From Acutalibacteraceae bacterium (GTDB lineage: Bacteria; Bacillota; Clostridia; Oscillospirales; Acutalibacteraceae), in assembly GCA_045657085.1 (NCBI GenBank), contig JAZOSL010000094.1:1-49832 (forward strand): a stretch of 49,832 nt of DNA. The letters are read 5' to 3'. Position 1 is the first letter of the stretch, and every line of letters begins with the position of its first letter. A program made the translations under genes and the position numbers. The notes below the pieces were generated by a model. It did no database searches. It saw only the letters and a program-made list of their open reading frames with translations, and was not told the origin of the DNA. This document shows, one piece after another, positions 9,585-19,145 of the stretch.

Positions 9585-10799
9585 TTATTGATTTTCTTCA
9601 GGGGCTACGTAGTAAATACCGTCTTCGTTAACAAAATCGTGGAATTTTTGAGTAGCAACGTCAAGGTCGTATTTGAAATACCATATACCGTTAACGTAAC
9701 CGGAATCACCATACTGGGGATTACAGTCAGCATCGGGAAGGCTTAATGATTCGATTGAAGGCATATTAAGTGCGGCCCATGAAGCTAATTTTGTGATTTC
9801 AGTGTTGGTAAGTGATGTCTGACAGTTATCAAGAACGATTTTTACAAGTGTATGAAGCTGTGTGGCATCAATGCTTGTTAAGCTGTGGTAGATAGCTGTT
9901 AAAACTTCTTTCTGACGGTTTCCGCGTTCAATGTCTCCGCCACTTGAGTAACGGTTTCTTGAATAAGCCAGAGCCTGAGCACCGGTGAGCTTCTGAACAC
10001 CGGTTGTTGTGATTTTTTCACACGTAAGTCCGATTTCGTTAAGCTCAGGGGCGTATTTTTCGTTCACAATCTTCATTTCCTGATGGTCAACATCAAGCTC
10101 AACGCCACCTATTTCGTCAATAATTTCAACCATACCGAAGAAGTTAACAGTAACGTAATCGGTAATTTCCATATTAAAGTTCTGGTTAAGTGTTTTTACT
10201 GCTAGTTCGGGACCACCAAACCAATGTGCATGGGTGATTTTATCTTTACCGTTGCCTTCGATTTCAACGTAGGAGTCACGGGCAACCGTAGTCATTTTGA
10301 TTTTGTCGTGAACATCATCTATTGTAATTATAATGATTGCGTCAGACCTGCCTTCGAAGTCGTTGTTTCTTGAATCGAGACCGAAAACGGCAATGTTTTT
10401 AACACTTTCATCGAAATGTTCACCGGAAAAGCCTATGTTATCAAGATCTAAATCTGTTTTAGACATTGAGTTAAGAAGACTGGAAAAATACGCAAACAAA
10501 GAACCTGCAGCAACTGACAAAGCAAGCACAATAGCAATTAATGCAATAAGGGTTTTGTTTTTCTTTTTTCGGTTACCTTTTTTCTTGCTATTGTTTCCTT
10601 TTGTTAAAACTTCCGGTTTTTCGTCAGAAGTTCCGTTTTTCTTGTTGTCAGAAACAGGTTCATCTTGAGTATCAATTTTTTTATTGTCTTGAGATTGCTG
10701 AAGTCTTTTTGATTTGTTTATAGGAATATCTTTTGGTTCAGTGTTTTTTTCATCAGAATCTAAGTAAAAAATAAATTCATTTGTATTCTGGTTATCCAA
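9585..10799 (-). CDS. LytR-CpsA-Psr (LCP) family glycopolymer-peptidoglycan ligase
   Basis: Lys-rich cytoplasmic tail, one TM helix (LIALIAIVLALSVAAGSLFAYF), then an LCP core (FGLDSR...RSDAIIIITID, ALAYSRNRY). TTG start lies 7 nt after GAGGTG. Confidence 0.85.
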   Translation of the reverse strand: MDNQNTNEFIFYLDSDEKNTEPKDIPINKSKRLQQSQDNKKIDTQDEPVSDNKKNGTSDEKPEVLTKGNNSKKKGNRKKKNKTLIALIAIVLALSVAAGSLFAYFSSLLNSMSKTDLDLDNIGFSGEHFDESVKNIAVFGLDSRNNDFEGRSDAIIIITIDDVHDKIKMTTVARDSYVEIEGNGKDKITHAHWFGGPELAVKTLNQNFNMEITDYVTVNFFGMVEIIDEIGGVELDVDHQEMKIVNEKYAPELNEIGLTCEKITTTGVQKLTGAQALAYSRNRYSSGGDIERGNRQKEVLTAIYHSLTSIDATQLHTLVKIVLDNCQTSLTNTEITKLASWAALNMPSIESLSLPDADCNPQYGDSGYVNGIWYFKYDLDVATQKFHDFVNEDGIYYVAPEENQ

Positions 10800-10812
10800 A
10801 ATGTGTCACCTC

Positions 10813-11472
10813 TTACATAGCGCCTTTCATTTTAAAAACGGCACCTACTGTTAAAATAAGTATTTTGAGATCAAATAACAAAGAACGTTTCTGAACATAT
10901 TCTAATTCAATAGCCTGACGTTCACCGTTAGCATAAGAAATGTTGTTACGGCCACTAACCTGCCAAAGACCGGTAACACCGGGTTTTACTTTTAAAAGTA
11001 AATCACGGTTTTCACCATAAAGCAAGGTTTCTTCCTGTAAAACAGGACGAGGACCAACTAAGGACATAGTTCCGAAAAGGACGTTAAACAACTGAGGAAG
11101 TTCATCAAGACTTGTTTTACGAAGGATATTGCCGATTTTTGTAATACGGGGATCTTTTTCAAGCTTGTATTCTTTTTCGTATTCTTCACGTGCTTCAGGA
11201 GAAAGTGAGTTCATAAGGTCGTCAGCATTCATACACATGCTTCTGAATTTGAAAACCTTAATTTCTTTACCACCTTTACCTATACGGGGTGATTTAAAAA
11301 GAACGTTGCCACCATCCTGAGCTTTTATGAGTATTGCAATTACTGCTAAAACCGGTGATGCGACAATAATTAAACATAAAGAACATATTATATCAAAACA
11401 TCTTTTTACGAAATTGTAAAAAGGCTTTTCTTCAAATGTATAGTTAATGTTAGAATGATGATTGTTGTTCAA
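10813..11472 (-). CDS. undecaprenyl-phosphate sugar phosphotransferase (bacterial sugar transferase, priming enzyme)
   Basis: KRCFDIICSLCLII..., FKFRSM, DELPQLFNVLFGTMSLVGPRP and PGVTGLWQVSGR motifs. TTG start. Confidence 0.85.
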   Translation of the reverse strand: MNNNHHSNINYTFEEKPFYNFVKRCFDIICSLCLIIVASPVLAVIAILIKAQDGGNVLFKSPRIGKGGKEIKVFKFRSMCMNADDLMNSLSPEAREEYEKEYKLEKDPRITKIGNILRKTSLDELPQLFNVLFGTMSLVGPRPVLQEETLLYGENRDLLLKVKPGVTGLWQVSGRNNISYANGERQAIELEYVQKRSLLFDLKILILTVGAVFKMKGAM

Positions 11473-11537
11473 AACATCGTCAACTCCGTTTCATTTAAGG
11501 TCATTGGACCAGGGTAAGTTGCCCCTATCTTCACTGC

Positions 11538-11566
11538 ATTATACCAAAAATATTTGTCGAAATCAA
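11538..11566 (-). promoter_or_regulatory. sigmaA-type promoter of the glycopolymer operon
   Basis: The minus strand reads TTGATT-17 nt-TATAAT with TGg upstream of the -10, about 65 nt upstream of the TTG at 11472. Confidence 0.55.
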
Positions 11567-11642
11567 TACCAAATATATATATGCGTGTTTTTATTGTTAA
11601 AAAAGAACTAAAAACAGAGCTTTTAGTGGTGATATATAGATT

Positions 11643-13046
11643 TTACCTGTTTTCAGCAAGCAACATATCAATGTTTTTATATTCCTTTACAGGAATATTT
11701 TTGCCTTCTAAAATTTGTGAAATATCAACTTTTATTTCTTCAACAGAAAGAAAAGTTGAATTGTAAAGGTCAATTATAGTGCCGCTTTTTGTGTAAAACA
11801 CAATATACTTTTCATCAGGATATAAAAGCTTGTCGCTTTCGTTTTCTGTTATAATAGCTGCAAATTCAATTGAATCATAGTCACAAATGCTTTGAGTCAA
11901 CGGGAAATCGCCAACGGAATAACAGAAGCTTTTATCGTTTAATACGGTTGTAGAATTTATACAAGTTATAAACTGTATTACAAAAATCGTTTCTATGGCA
12001 ATTGTGAGATATTTGGTAAAGGTTTTGCTTGCTTCTGTAGCTTTCGGTGTTTTTATGTTCTCTTTTTTGTTGCGATTTTTAATAAGCTTTCGTGACAACT
12101 TTAAAGCAATCAAAGCAGATGGCAGCAAAGAAATAACAAATACCATTAATAAATTTTCTGTTATTCCCATTACATATAAAGCACCACTGTATTTTATGGT
12201 AACAACGAGATAAAACAACAAACCTACAACTAAAGAGAACAGAATATCTATAAAAAGTGTAAGCCCAAAGGTTTTTAAACCACCTGAAAAGCCTGTTTTA
12301 TGACGTTTACTTCCTTTTTCGGCAGAAGCTTTTTTTGCAGTTTCTGTTCGGACAGGTGCTTTACCACCCTTTTCGATGTACGAAAGAAGCTGTTCTTCAT
12401 ATGCTGAACGTGCTTTTGCTTTTTTTAAAGCTTTAAGCGCTTTTTCTGTTTTACCTGAATAAAAGAGGGATTGTGCACCAACAACGGCACACTCTATCTG
12501 ATATTCAAAAAAGTTAGATAACATCATAGAAATAAGTTTATCAGCAACGCCACCAAGCATTTCATTAGCTTCAAGAATTTTGTCACCAAAGTAGTTGTTT
12601 ATATTATTTTTTTGAGTTTCTATTAACTTATTCTTCAGGACACCGTTTTCAAAAACCAATTTTAATTCAGGAATAATCTGAGAAAAAAGTTTTTCAATTT
12701 CACAAAAACATTCAGCCATAAGCTGTTGCGAGTCAACGTATGTATAGGTGTAGCAGTTGAAATTTTCAGGCTCAACAAACGCAAGGACGTCATAAATTGA
12801 AAAGACTAAGTCAGGCTCGTTATCAATTGATAAACCGAGCCATAAAGTTTGTTGTGCGTATGCTGTTTTACCACGTTCTATATAGTAAATAAGTAAATTA
12901 AAGTCGTCAAAAGCAAATTTACAAGCTTCACCATTTTGATTTTTGCCTTTTTTACCTGAAACAATTTTTCTAAATGAAAGCTGAGAGGAGCTTATTACGG
13001 TATCAAGTTTTCTGCAGGATGACGTGAAAAATGTGTTCAATTCCAT
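11643..13046 (-). CDS. hypothetical membrane protein (soluble N-domain, about 3 TM helices, C-terminal domain)
   Basis: 467-aa ORF with RBS AGGAGA upstream. Central hydrophobic helices are FGLTLFIDILFSLVVGLLFYLVV, LLMVFVISLLPSALIAL and YLTIAIETIFVIQFI. I recognise no family motif. Confidence 0.6.
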   Translation of the reverse strand: MELNTFFTSSCRKLDTVISSSQLSFRKIVSGKKGKNQNGEACKFAFDDFNLLIYYIERGKTAYAQQTLWLGLSIDNEPDLVFSIYDVLAFVEPENFNCYTYTYVDSQQLMAECFCEIEKLFSQIIPELKLVFENGVLKNKLIETQKNNINNYFGDKILEANEMLGGVADKLISMMLSNFFEYQIECAVVGAQSLFYSGKTEKALKALKKAKARSAYEEQLLSYIEKGGKAPVRTETAKKASAEKGSKRHKTGFSGGLKTFGLTLFIDILFSLVVGLLFYLVVTIKYSGALYVMGITENLLMVFVISLLPSALIALKLSRKLIKNRNKKENIKTPKATEASKTFTKYLTIAIETIFVIQFITCINSTTVLNDKSFCYSVGDFPLTQSICDYDSIEFAAIITENESDKLLYPDEKYIVFYTKSGTIIDLYNSTFLSVEEIKVDISQILEGKNIPVKEYKNIDMLLAENR

Positions 13047-13080
13047 AAAAATCTCCTATCGTGTTAATAAAGTAACACCA

Positions 13081-13109
13081 ATTTTAGTTTAATATTGCCT
13101 TTGAGTCAA
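13081..13109 (-). promoter_or_regulatory. sigmaA-type promoter for 11643..13046
   Basis: The minus strand reads TTGACT-17 nt-TAAAAT. Confidence 0.5.
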
Positions 13110-13149
13110 CCAAAAAAACGAAAAAATTAAAAAAGTGTTTTAAAAGATG

Positions 13150-13178
13150 TTGAAGTAACACTCAGGTTGGAGTATTAT
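13150..13178 (+). promoter_or_regulatory. sigmaA-type promoter for the GH78/esterase pair
   Basis: TTGAAG-17 nt-TATTAT, about 30 nt upstream of the ATG at 13208. Confidence 0.4.
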
Positions 13179-13207
13179 TAAATTACAGAATGAAAAGGGG
13201 TGCACCT

Positions 13208-15538
13208 ATGCTTTCAAAGAAATTTATTTGTGCTTCATATGATTATGCTACGTACGAGAAATTTGTTCCGTCACCGTATTTCAGAAGAAAGTTCACAATA
13301 ACCAAAAAGCCTGTAAGATGTACTGTTACAATAGGTGGACTTGGTTTTTATGATGCCTTTATAAATGGTCAGAAAATAACCAAGGGTCTTCTCGCACCGT
13401 ATATTTCAAATCCTGATCATATTGTTTATTACGATGAATACGATGTAACCCAATACATTGTAGAAGGTGAAAACGTTTTAGGTTTGCAACTTGGTAATGG
13501 TATGCAGAACTGTGTTGGTGGCGAAATATGGGATTTCGAAAAAGCCGATTTCCGTGGTGTACCACGAGTTGCTTTTTCAATTGAAACAGAATATATCGAC
13601 GGCACAACCTATTTAATTGAAGCAGACGAAAATACAAAAACTGCCCCTTCACCCGTTATTTTTGATGACCTTCGTTGTGGTTGCTTTTATGATGCAACAA
13701 AAGAAATTGAAAATTGGGCAGAAACAGACTTTTGTGACAGCTATTGGGCAAAAGCTCTTGTTGCTGAAACACCACGTGGCGAAAAAAGAATATGTCAGGC
13801 AGAGCCTGTTCTACCCCTGAAACATATCCGTCCTGTGAAAATAAGAAAATGTACTATAAATGAATTTAAACCCGATTCACGTGTTGAACATAGTTGTTGT
13901 AACTATCCGTCAAATGAACGTACGGGTTGGCTTTACGATTTCGGGATAGTAACTGCCGGTATAGTAAGGCTCAAAATAAAAGGTAATCCGGGTCAGAAGG
14001 TTGATATACAATTTGGCGAGTATCTTGATGAAAACGGAAACCCTGATTATAACAACGTTCAATTTTTGCCGAGAAACTATTCTCAAAGAGATATTTACGT
14101 GTTGAAGGGCGATGGTGACGAAGAAATTTTTGAGCCGCAATTTACATATCACGGCTTCAGGTATGCAGTTGTTTTAGGTATAACCGATGAACAGGCAACG
14201 GAAGATTTGCTTACCGGCATTATTTGTTCATCAGCCATTGAAGAAAGGGGTAATTTCAGTTGCTCTGACGATACCCTGAATAAGCTTCAGGCTATGGCGA
14301 GAAATGCAACTGTTTCTAATTTTTATTATTTCCCTACAGATTGTCCACAGAGAGAAAAGAATGGTTGGACAGGTGATGCAGTAAATTCCTGTAGGCAGAC
14401 TCATTTGAATCTCAACCCAGATAAAAGTTATAAAGAATGGTTGAGAAATATAAGAAAAGCTCAGGATGAAAAAGGTGGAATTCCTGCTGTTATCCCAACA
14501 TCCACATGGGGCTATAATAATGGCCCTGCTTGGGATGCAGCATTGACATATTTACCGTATTTTACTTATCTTTATCGTGGCGATAAAGATATTCTCGAAG
14601 AAAATGCAGATGCACTTTTCAAGTATTGTATGTTTATTACAAACAAAAGAACTAAAAAAGGAACAGTTAATTATGGCTTGGGTGATTGGTGTCCGGTTAC
14701 GGTTGTAAAAGCACCGGTTGAGTTGACCTCAAGCATAATGACTATGGATATTCTTAAAAAATGTTCTCACATTTTTTCTGTGCTTGGAAAAAATCTGCAA
14801 AAAGAGTTTTGTGATAAAGCATATAAAGAAGTCAGAGATGCTGTAAGAAAATATTTTATTGACTGGGGAACAATGACCGTAACAGGTAACTGTCAGACTT
14901 CTCAGTCAATGGCAATTTATTATGATGTGTTTGATGAAAGCGAAAAACTTCAGGCAGTAAAAGTGCTGGTTGATATTATAAAGCAGTCTGATGACCATAT
15001 TGATTTCGGCTTTTTAGGTATTTTGACCGTATTCAGAGTGCTTTGTATGTACGGTGAATGTGACTTGGCATACAAAATGATAGCAAGAAGTGACTATCCT
15101 TCTTTTGGTGATTGGGTTAAAAGAGGCTTTACATCAATGCCTGAACGCTTTTTTAAGGACGGTGAATTTCCCGATTCACTTAACCACCATGCTTTTGCAG
15201 ACATTTCGGCAATATTTATTGAGTATTTTGCAGGTATAAAAATTAACCCGTACGGTGATGACTGCAAAGAAATAAATATTGAACCGTGTTTTGTAACTGC
15301 CCTTAGCAATGCAGCTGCATTTTACGAATCTGTATGTGGTAAGGTCAGTGTAGGGTGGGAAAGAACCTATAACGGAATAAAGCTTAAAGTCGAAAAGCCT
15401 GACGGAATATATGGTCAGATTAAGCTTCCCTTTGGTTATAGGTTTGTGAAAACAGGTCTTCCTTTCGGTAAATTTGAAAGTGGTACCTACGAAATCGAAA
15501 TAATAAATTCTGTGGCGGAAAATATTATAGAGGTGTAA
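13208..15538 (+). CDS. alpha-L-rhamnosidase (glycoside hydrolase family 78), no signal peptide
   Basis: FYYFPTDCPQREKNGWTGDA is the hallmark GH78 catalytic-domain motif, and the size and N-terminal beta domains fit. I prefer the ATG at 13208, 7 nt after AAAGGGG, over 13190. Confidence 0.85.
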   Translation: MLSKKFICASYDYATYEKFVPSPYFRRKFTITKKPVRCTVTIGGLGFYDAFINGQKITKGLLAPYISNPDHIVYYDEYDVTQYIVEGENVLGLQLGNGMQNCVGGEIWDFEKADFRGVPRVAFSIETEYIDGTTYLIEADENTKTAPSPVIFDDLRCGCFYDATKEIENWAETDFCDSYWAKALVAETPRGEKRICQAEPVLPLKHIRPVKIRKCTINEFKPDSRVEHSCCNYPSNERTGWLYDFGIVTAGIVRLKIKGNPGQKVDIQFGEYLDENGNPDYNNVQFLPRNYSQRDIYVLKGDGDEEIFEPQFTYHGFRYAVVLGITDEQATEDLLTGIICSSAIEERGNFSCSDDTLNKLQAMARNATVSNFYYFPTDCPQREKNGWTGDAVNSCRQTHLNLNPDKSYKEWLRNIRKAQDEKGGIPAVIPTSTWGYNNGPAWDAALTYLPYFTYLYRGDKDILEENADALFKYCMFITNKRTKKGTVNYGLGDWCPVTVVKAPVELTSSIMTMDILKKCSHIFSVLGKNLQKEFCDKAYKEVRDAVRKYFIDWGTMTVTGNCQTSQSMAIYYDVFDESEKLQAVKVLVDIIKQSDDHIDFGFLGILTVFRVLCMYGECDLAYKMIARSDYPSFGDWVKRGFTSMPERFFKDGEFPDSLNHHAFADISAIFIEYFAGIKINPYGDDCKEINIEPCFVTALSNAAAFYESVCGKVSVGWERTYNGIKLKVEKPDGIYGQIKLPFGYRFVKTGLPFGKFESGTYEIEIINSVAENIIEV

Positions 15539-15539
15539 A

Positions 15540-16289
15540 ATGACTGAAAACGTTAAGGTTATAGATTATGGTTTTTTTAACCATGATGGAATAGATTTTG
15601 AGTATCACGTAAGTGGTAATGAAAATGGTGAGGCCCTTGTTATGCTTAACGGTAACGGCGGCGACTACCGTTGCTTTGAAGGCGATTTGTACGTGCCGTT
15701 ATCAGAACATTTTAAAATAATCCGTTTTTCCACAAGGGGTACAGGCAAAACACCATTGGGAGATAAAAAGCTCACATTCGAGCTTTTCTGTGACGATTTA
15801 AAAGCACTTCTTGATTACCTTGGTGTATCTTCTGCTAATTTTTGTGGTTTTTCAGATGGTGGTAATTTAGGTATGTGCTTTGCAGTTACTTACCCCACTT
15901 ACGTAAAAAGACTTGCTGTTTTCGGGTCTAATCTTAACACAAGAGGCACGAAAACAAGAGACCAGTTGGGAATAATTAAAGACCATGCAATTTTTACAAT
16001 AAAGGCTGCAATTACAAAAGATCAAGAAATGGTAAGACGCAGAGAAATCGAAGGCCTTATGGTAGGTCAACCCCATTTGAATTATAAAAAATTATCGGCA
16101 ATTAACGTACCGTTTTTAAACGTTTTCGGCGAGTTTGATATGATAAAAAGAAGCCATTCACGTAAAATAACAAAGGCTGTAAAAGGTGCTGAAGAAGTTA
16201 TGGTTCTTAATGGTGGTCACGGCTCTGCATTCAAGAAAACAGATTTTTTGATTTTGCCTGTTGTTAAAAAATTTTTTGGTGCAAATTAG
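15540..16289 (+). CDS. alpha/beta-fold hydrolase (esterase)
   Basis: Nucleophile elbow GFSDGG and oxyanion-region LNGNGG. It starts 1 nt after the GH78 stop. Confidence 0.7.
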   Translation: MTENVKVIDYGFFNHDGIDFEYHVSGNENGEALVMLNGNGGDYRCFEGDLYVPLSEHFKIIRFSTRGTGKTPLGDKKLTFELFCDDLKALLDYLGVSSANFCGFSDGGNLGMCFAVTYPTYVKRLAVFGSNLNTRGTKTRDQLGIIKDHAIFTIKAAITKDQEMVRRREIEGLMVGQPHLNYKKLSAINVPFLNVFGEFDMIKRSHSRKITKAVKGAEEVMVLNGGHGSAFKKTDFLILPVVKKFFGAN

Positions 16290-16362
16290 TGATTCTAAAT
16301 TTAACAAAATAGCTAAAAATTTTCAGTGTAAATAAGCAAAAGTAATAAATTTACAATTTGTA

Positions 16363-16391
16363 TTGAAATCATAGAAAAATGAGTGTATAAT
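16363..16391 (+). promoter_or_regulatory. sigmaA-type promoter
   Basis: TTGAAA-17 nt-TATAAT. Confidence 0.5.
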
Positions 16392-16487
16392 GACTGTGTG
16401 AATGTCAAAATGGGTGGGGTATATGTGGTTGAACATCTGTCCCGGCTCGTTTTAAGACTTTTTATTTCATTATCTACGGAGGTAATT

Positions 16488-17954
16488 ATGAAAAAGACAG
16501 CAAAGAGATCTCTCGCGATTTTACTTGCCCTTATGACTCTTGTTAGTTGTATCGGTATCAACGTTTCTGCAGAGACAACAGGATTTGAACCTATACGTAT
16601 TAACTGCACAATGTATGGTGACACACAGACTCAGCGTGGCTTCACATGGTACACAGCTGAAGATTGTGATGCAATCATCGAATACGTTGAAGCAGCTTTA
16701 TTTGATGCAAACTTCACAAACGGAGTTATGAAAAGAGCTTCTGTTGACGAGTTTGAAGGCTATTATTGCCATAAGGTAGTTCTTGACGGTCTTAAACCCG
16801 GCACAACATACTACTATCGTGTTGGCAGCAAGAGAGAAAATGTTTGGAGTGATATCGGTAAATTTGTTACTGATAATGGCGATGGTGCATTTTCATTCCT
16901 TGCTATTGCAGACGTTCAGGCTAGCAGCCTTGAAAATTTCCAGCAGGCAGCACTTGTTATGGATCAGGCTATGGCTACTAACCCCAATGCTGAATTTGTA
17001 GTTAACCTTGGTGACTTTGTTAACGATTGTACAAACGAAGAATGGAACTGGTACGGTGAAACTTTCGAAAGAGCAAACACAAATCTTACTCTTGTTCCCG
17101 TTCCCGGTAACCATGAAGGAAACATCACAAACAAATTCAACGTTAACTGGTTCAACAGTATGTTCAACCTTCTTCCCGGCGACGGTGCAACTAACGGTGT
17201 GAACGGTGTTTATTATTCATATGATTATGGTAATGCACACTTCTGTGTTGTTAACTCAAATGATATGTATCCTATGTCACAGGTACAGAGAAACTGGATT
17301 ATAAATGACCTTATAACATCAGATGCACATTGGAAATTCCTTCTTCTTCACCGTGCTCCTTATTCAGCAGGTAAAAACATCAATAAACCTGATACTCTTG
17401 CTATGAGAGAAACAATTATTGATATTGTTGATCAGACAGGTGTTGATGTTGTTCTTTCAGGTCATGACCACATGTACTTCAGAACAAAACAGGTTGCAGG
17501 CGATGCAGTTTGTGATACAACTTACGTTACAGAATATTACAACGGCGAACAGGTTACATTTGCAAAAGAACCTGATGGTGCAGTTTATATTCTTCCTTCA
17601 ACAGCAGGTACAAAGAGATACTCTGTTAACGAAAATGCAATTGATCCCATTAACGAATGTGCAGACGTTATGCTTTCAACAAGCGATATGGGTGGTTGTT
17701 TTGCAAACATTGTTGTTGACGGTAACAAAGTTATCTATAAAGCATACGTTGTAAACGATGAAACTCAGGAAATCACTCAGATTGATAGCTATGCTATTAT
17801 GAAAGATAGTGCAGATGGTGGTAAAGAGTCATATCTTCCCACAGATCCTATCGGTACAGTTGACGGCTTCATGTTCAACTTCTCAGAGTACATTTCTCTT
17901 ATCATTACTTACATTACAAAACTCCTTCCTCAGCTTATTGCTGGCATGTTCTGA
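16488..17954 (+). CDS. secreted calcineurin-like metallophosphoesterase (purple acid phosphatase-like) with C-terminal hydrophobic anchor
   Basis: RBS GGAGG precedes the ATG at 16488. Signal peptide MKKTAKRSLAILLALMTLVSCIG. Metallophosphoesterase motifs IADVQ, GDFVND, GNHE, LLHRAP and GHDHMY. The C-terminus ISLIITYITKLLPQLIAGMF is hydrophobic. Confidence 0.8.
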   Translation: MKKTAKRSLAILLALMTLVSCIGINVSAETTGFEPIRINCTMYGDTQTQRGFTWYTAEDCDAIIEYVEAALFDANFTNGVMKRASVDEFEGYYCHKVVLDGLKPGTTYYYRVGSKRENVWSDIGKFVTDNGDGAFSFLAIADVQASSLENFQQAALVMDQAMATNPNAEFVVNLGDFVNDCTNEEWNWYGETFERANTNLTLVPVPGNHEGNITNKFNVNWFNSMFNLLPGDGATNGVNGVYYSYDYGNAHFCVVNSNDMYPMSQVQRNWIINDLITSDAHWKFLLLHRAPYSAGKNINKPDTLAMRETIIDIVDQTGVDVVLSGHDHMYFRTKQVAGDAVCDTTYVTEYYNGEQVTFAKEPDGAVYILPSTAGTKRYSVNENAIDPINECADVMLSTSDMGGCFANIVVDGNKVIYKAYVVNDETQEITQIDSYAIMKDSADGGKESYLPTDPIGTVDGFMFNFSEYISLIITYITKLLPQLIAGMF

Positions 17955-17971
17955 TAATTAAATAATAAAAG

Positions 17972-18008
17972 ACTGCGACGGCTTTTTGTTCGTCGCAGTT
18001 TGTTTTTT
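17972..18008 (+). terminator. rho-independent terminator
   Basis: actgcgacg-10 nt loop-cgtcgcagt followed by ttgtttttt. Confidence 0.75.
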
Positions 18009-18029
18009 AGGAACTAATATTTTTAAGAT

Positions 18030-19019
18030 TTACTTAATCGTAACACCGGTATAATAATGGGAAAGTATATCTTCAAAAGAATATCCCTGACGGGCTAAAT
18101 AGTCGGCTCCGTATTGGCTCATACCTATTCCGTGCCCGTAGCCCAGAACGGTAAAAGTTATGTCGTTTTCTGTAGTGCTTATCGTGAAAACAGGGCTCCT
18201 TAATGCAAATATGGTTCTTATTTCTTCACCTGTAAAATTCTTGCCGTTAATTTCAGCTTTCAATACCGTGCCTGTTGGTGATGTTTCCGAAATTTTTATT
18301 GAATTTAATAAAGTTTCAGGTGAATATTCAATTCCTGCATTAGTCAGGCATTCAGTATAATTTTCCTTTGAAAAAGTTGAAATTGTTGTATGCTGTGGTG
18401 ATAAAAAATCGCCACTGCTATCCACGCTTACAAGATAGGGGACACTTTCACCCCACAGGGTTTCAGAGCTTTCTGTTTTGCCACAGCTTATAGCAAAAAA
18501 AGCAGCTACTATAAGTTGCTCGTTATAATAAATTGCTTTACCTTCAATGGATTTTACTACATTTTTCAACTTAGTTTCCCATTTTTCAAAATCATCTCCC
18601 CATTTTTCCCGTCTTTGAGCTTCGTTTATATAACCCTGATGTACAGCTGTATTATCACTTATATGAGCTTCATACGGATTTGACTGATTGTTTTTTAATC
18701 GTAAAGCGTTTGTGTAACAGGTAACTGCCTGTGCTTTGAGAGCTTCTTCGTGATAAGCCAGTGGCATTTCTGCAGCTACACTTCCACAAAGATATTCGAA
18801 CATATCCATCTCAACGTTTTGGTTTTGAGATGAAAGAAAAACAGTTATAGTTTCAGTTTTGTTATTTTCAGATTCAGGTTGCGTGTTTTGAGATTCAACC
18901 TTATTTTCTGTGGGTCTATCCTTGCTTAAAGAGGCCGAGACGTTATCTTTTAATGACGATAAAGGTATAATAACAATGGCTATTGCAGCTGAAAGTACAA
19001 GAATTAAAAAACGTTTCAT
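18030..19019 (-). CDS. spoIID: SpoIID/LytB-domain protein (stage II sporulation protein D-like lytic transglycosylase)
   Basis: N-terminal TM or signal segment. Motifs EYLCGSVAAEMP, EALKAQAVTCYT and GHGIGMSQYGA are typical of SpoIID. Confidence 0.8.
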   Translation of the reverse strand: MKRFLILVLSAAIAIVIIPLSSLKDNVSASLSKDRPTENKVESQNTQPESENNKTETITVFLSSQNQNVEMDMFEYLCGSVAAEMPLAYHEEALKAQAVTCYTNALRLKNNQSNPYEAHISDNTAVHQGYINEAQRREKWGDDFEKWETKLKNVVKSIEGKAIYYNEQLIVAAFFAISCGKTESSETLWGESVPYLVSVDSSGDFLSPQHTTISTFSKENYTECLTNAGIEYSPETLLNSIKISETSPTGTVLKAEINGKNFTGEEIRTIFALRSPVFTISTTENDITFTVLGYGHGIGMSQYGADYLARQGYSFEDILSHYYTGVTIK

Positions 19020-19061
19020 ATTTTTTTCACCGTTCCTTAAATTTTTATTGATAAAGTTTTA

Positions 19062-19090
19062 TTGACAATGCGTTTAATATGTTATAGAAT
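19062..19090 (+). promoter_or_regulatory. sigmaA-type promoter
   Basis: TTGACA-17 nt-TAGAAT. Confidence 0.55.
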
Positions 19091-19145
19091 AATATGAATT
19101 ATTATTTTGGATTATGAGTAAGTATATTTTAAAGGAGTGAGATAT

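Noticed and set aside
16313-16624. Minus-strand 103-aa ORF and the upstream extension 16383..16487 of the phosphoesterase ORF
   Set aside because: The region contains a good promoter and a GGAGG RBS serving the ATG at 16488, where a classical signal peptide begins. The extension and the antisense ORF have no support.
13208-17954. GH78 rhamnosidase, esterase and metallophosphoesterase considered as a polysaccharide-utilisation locus
   Set aside because: There is no adjacent transporter, regulator or further glycoside hydrolase. The phosphoesterase has its own promoter and a different (secreted) localisation, so this is probably simple adjacency.
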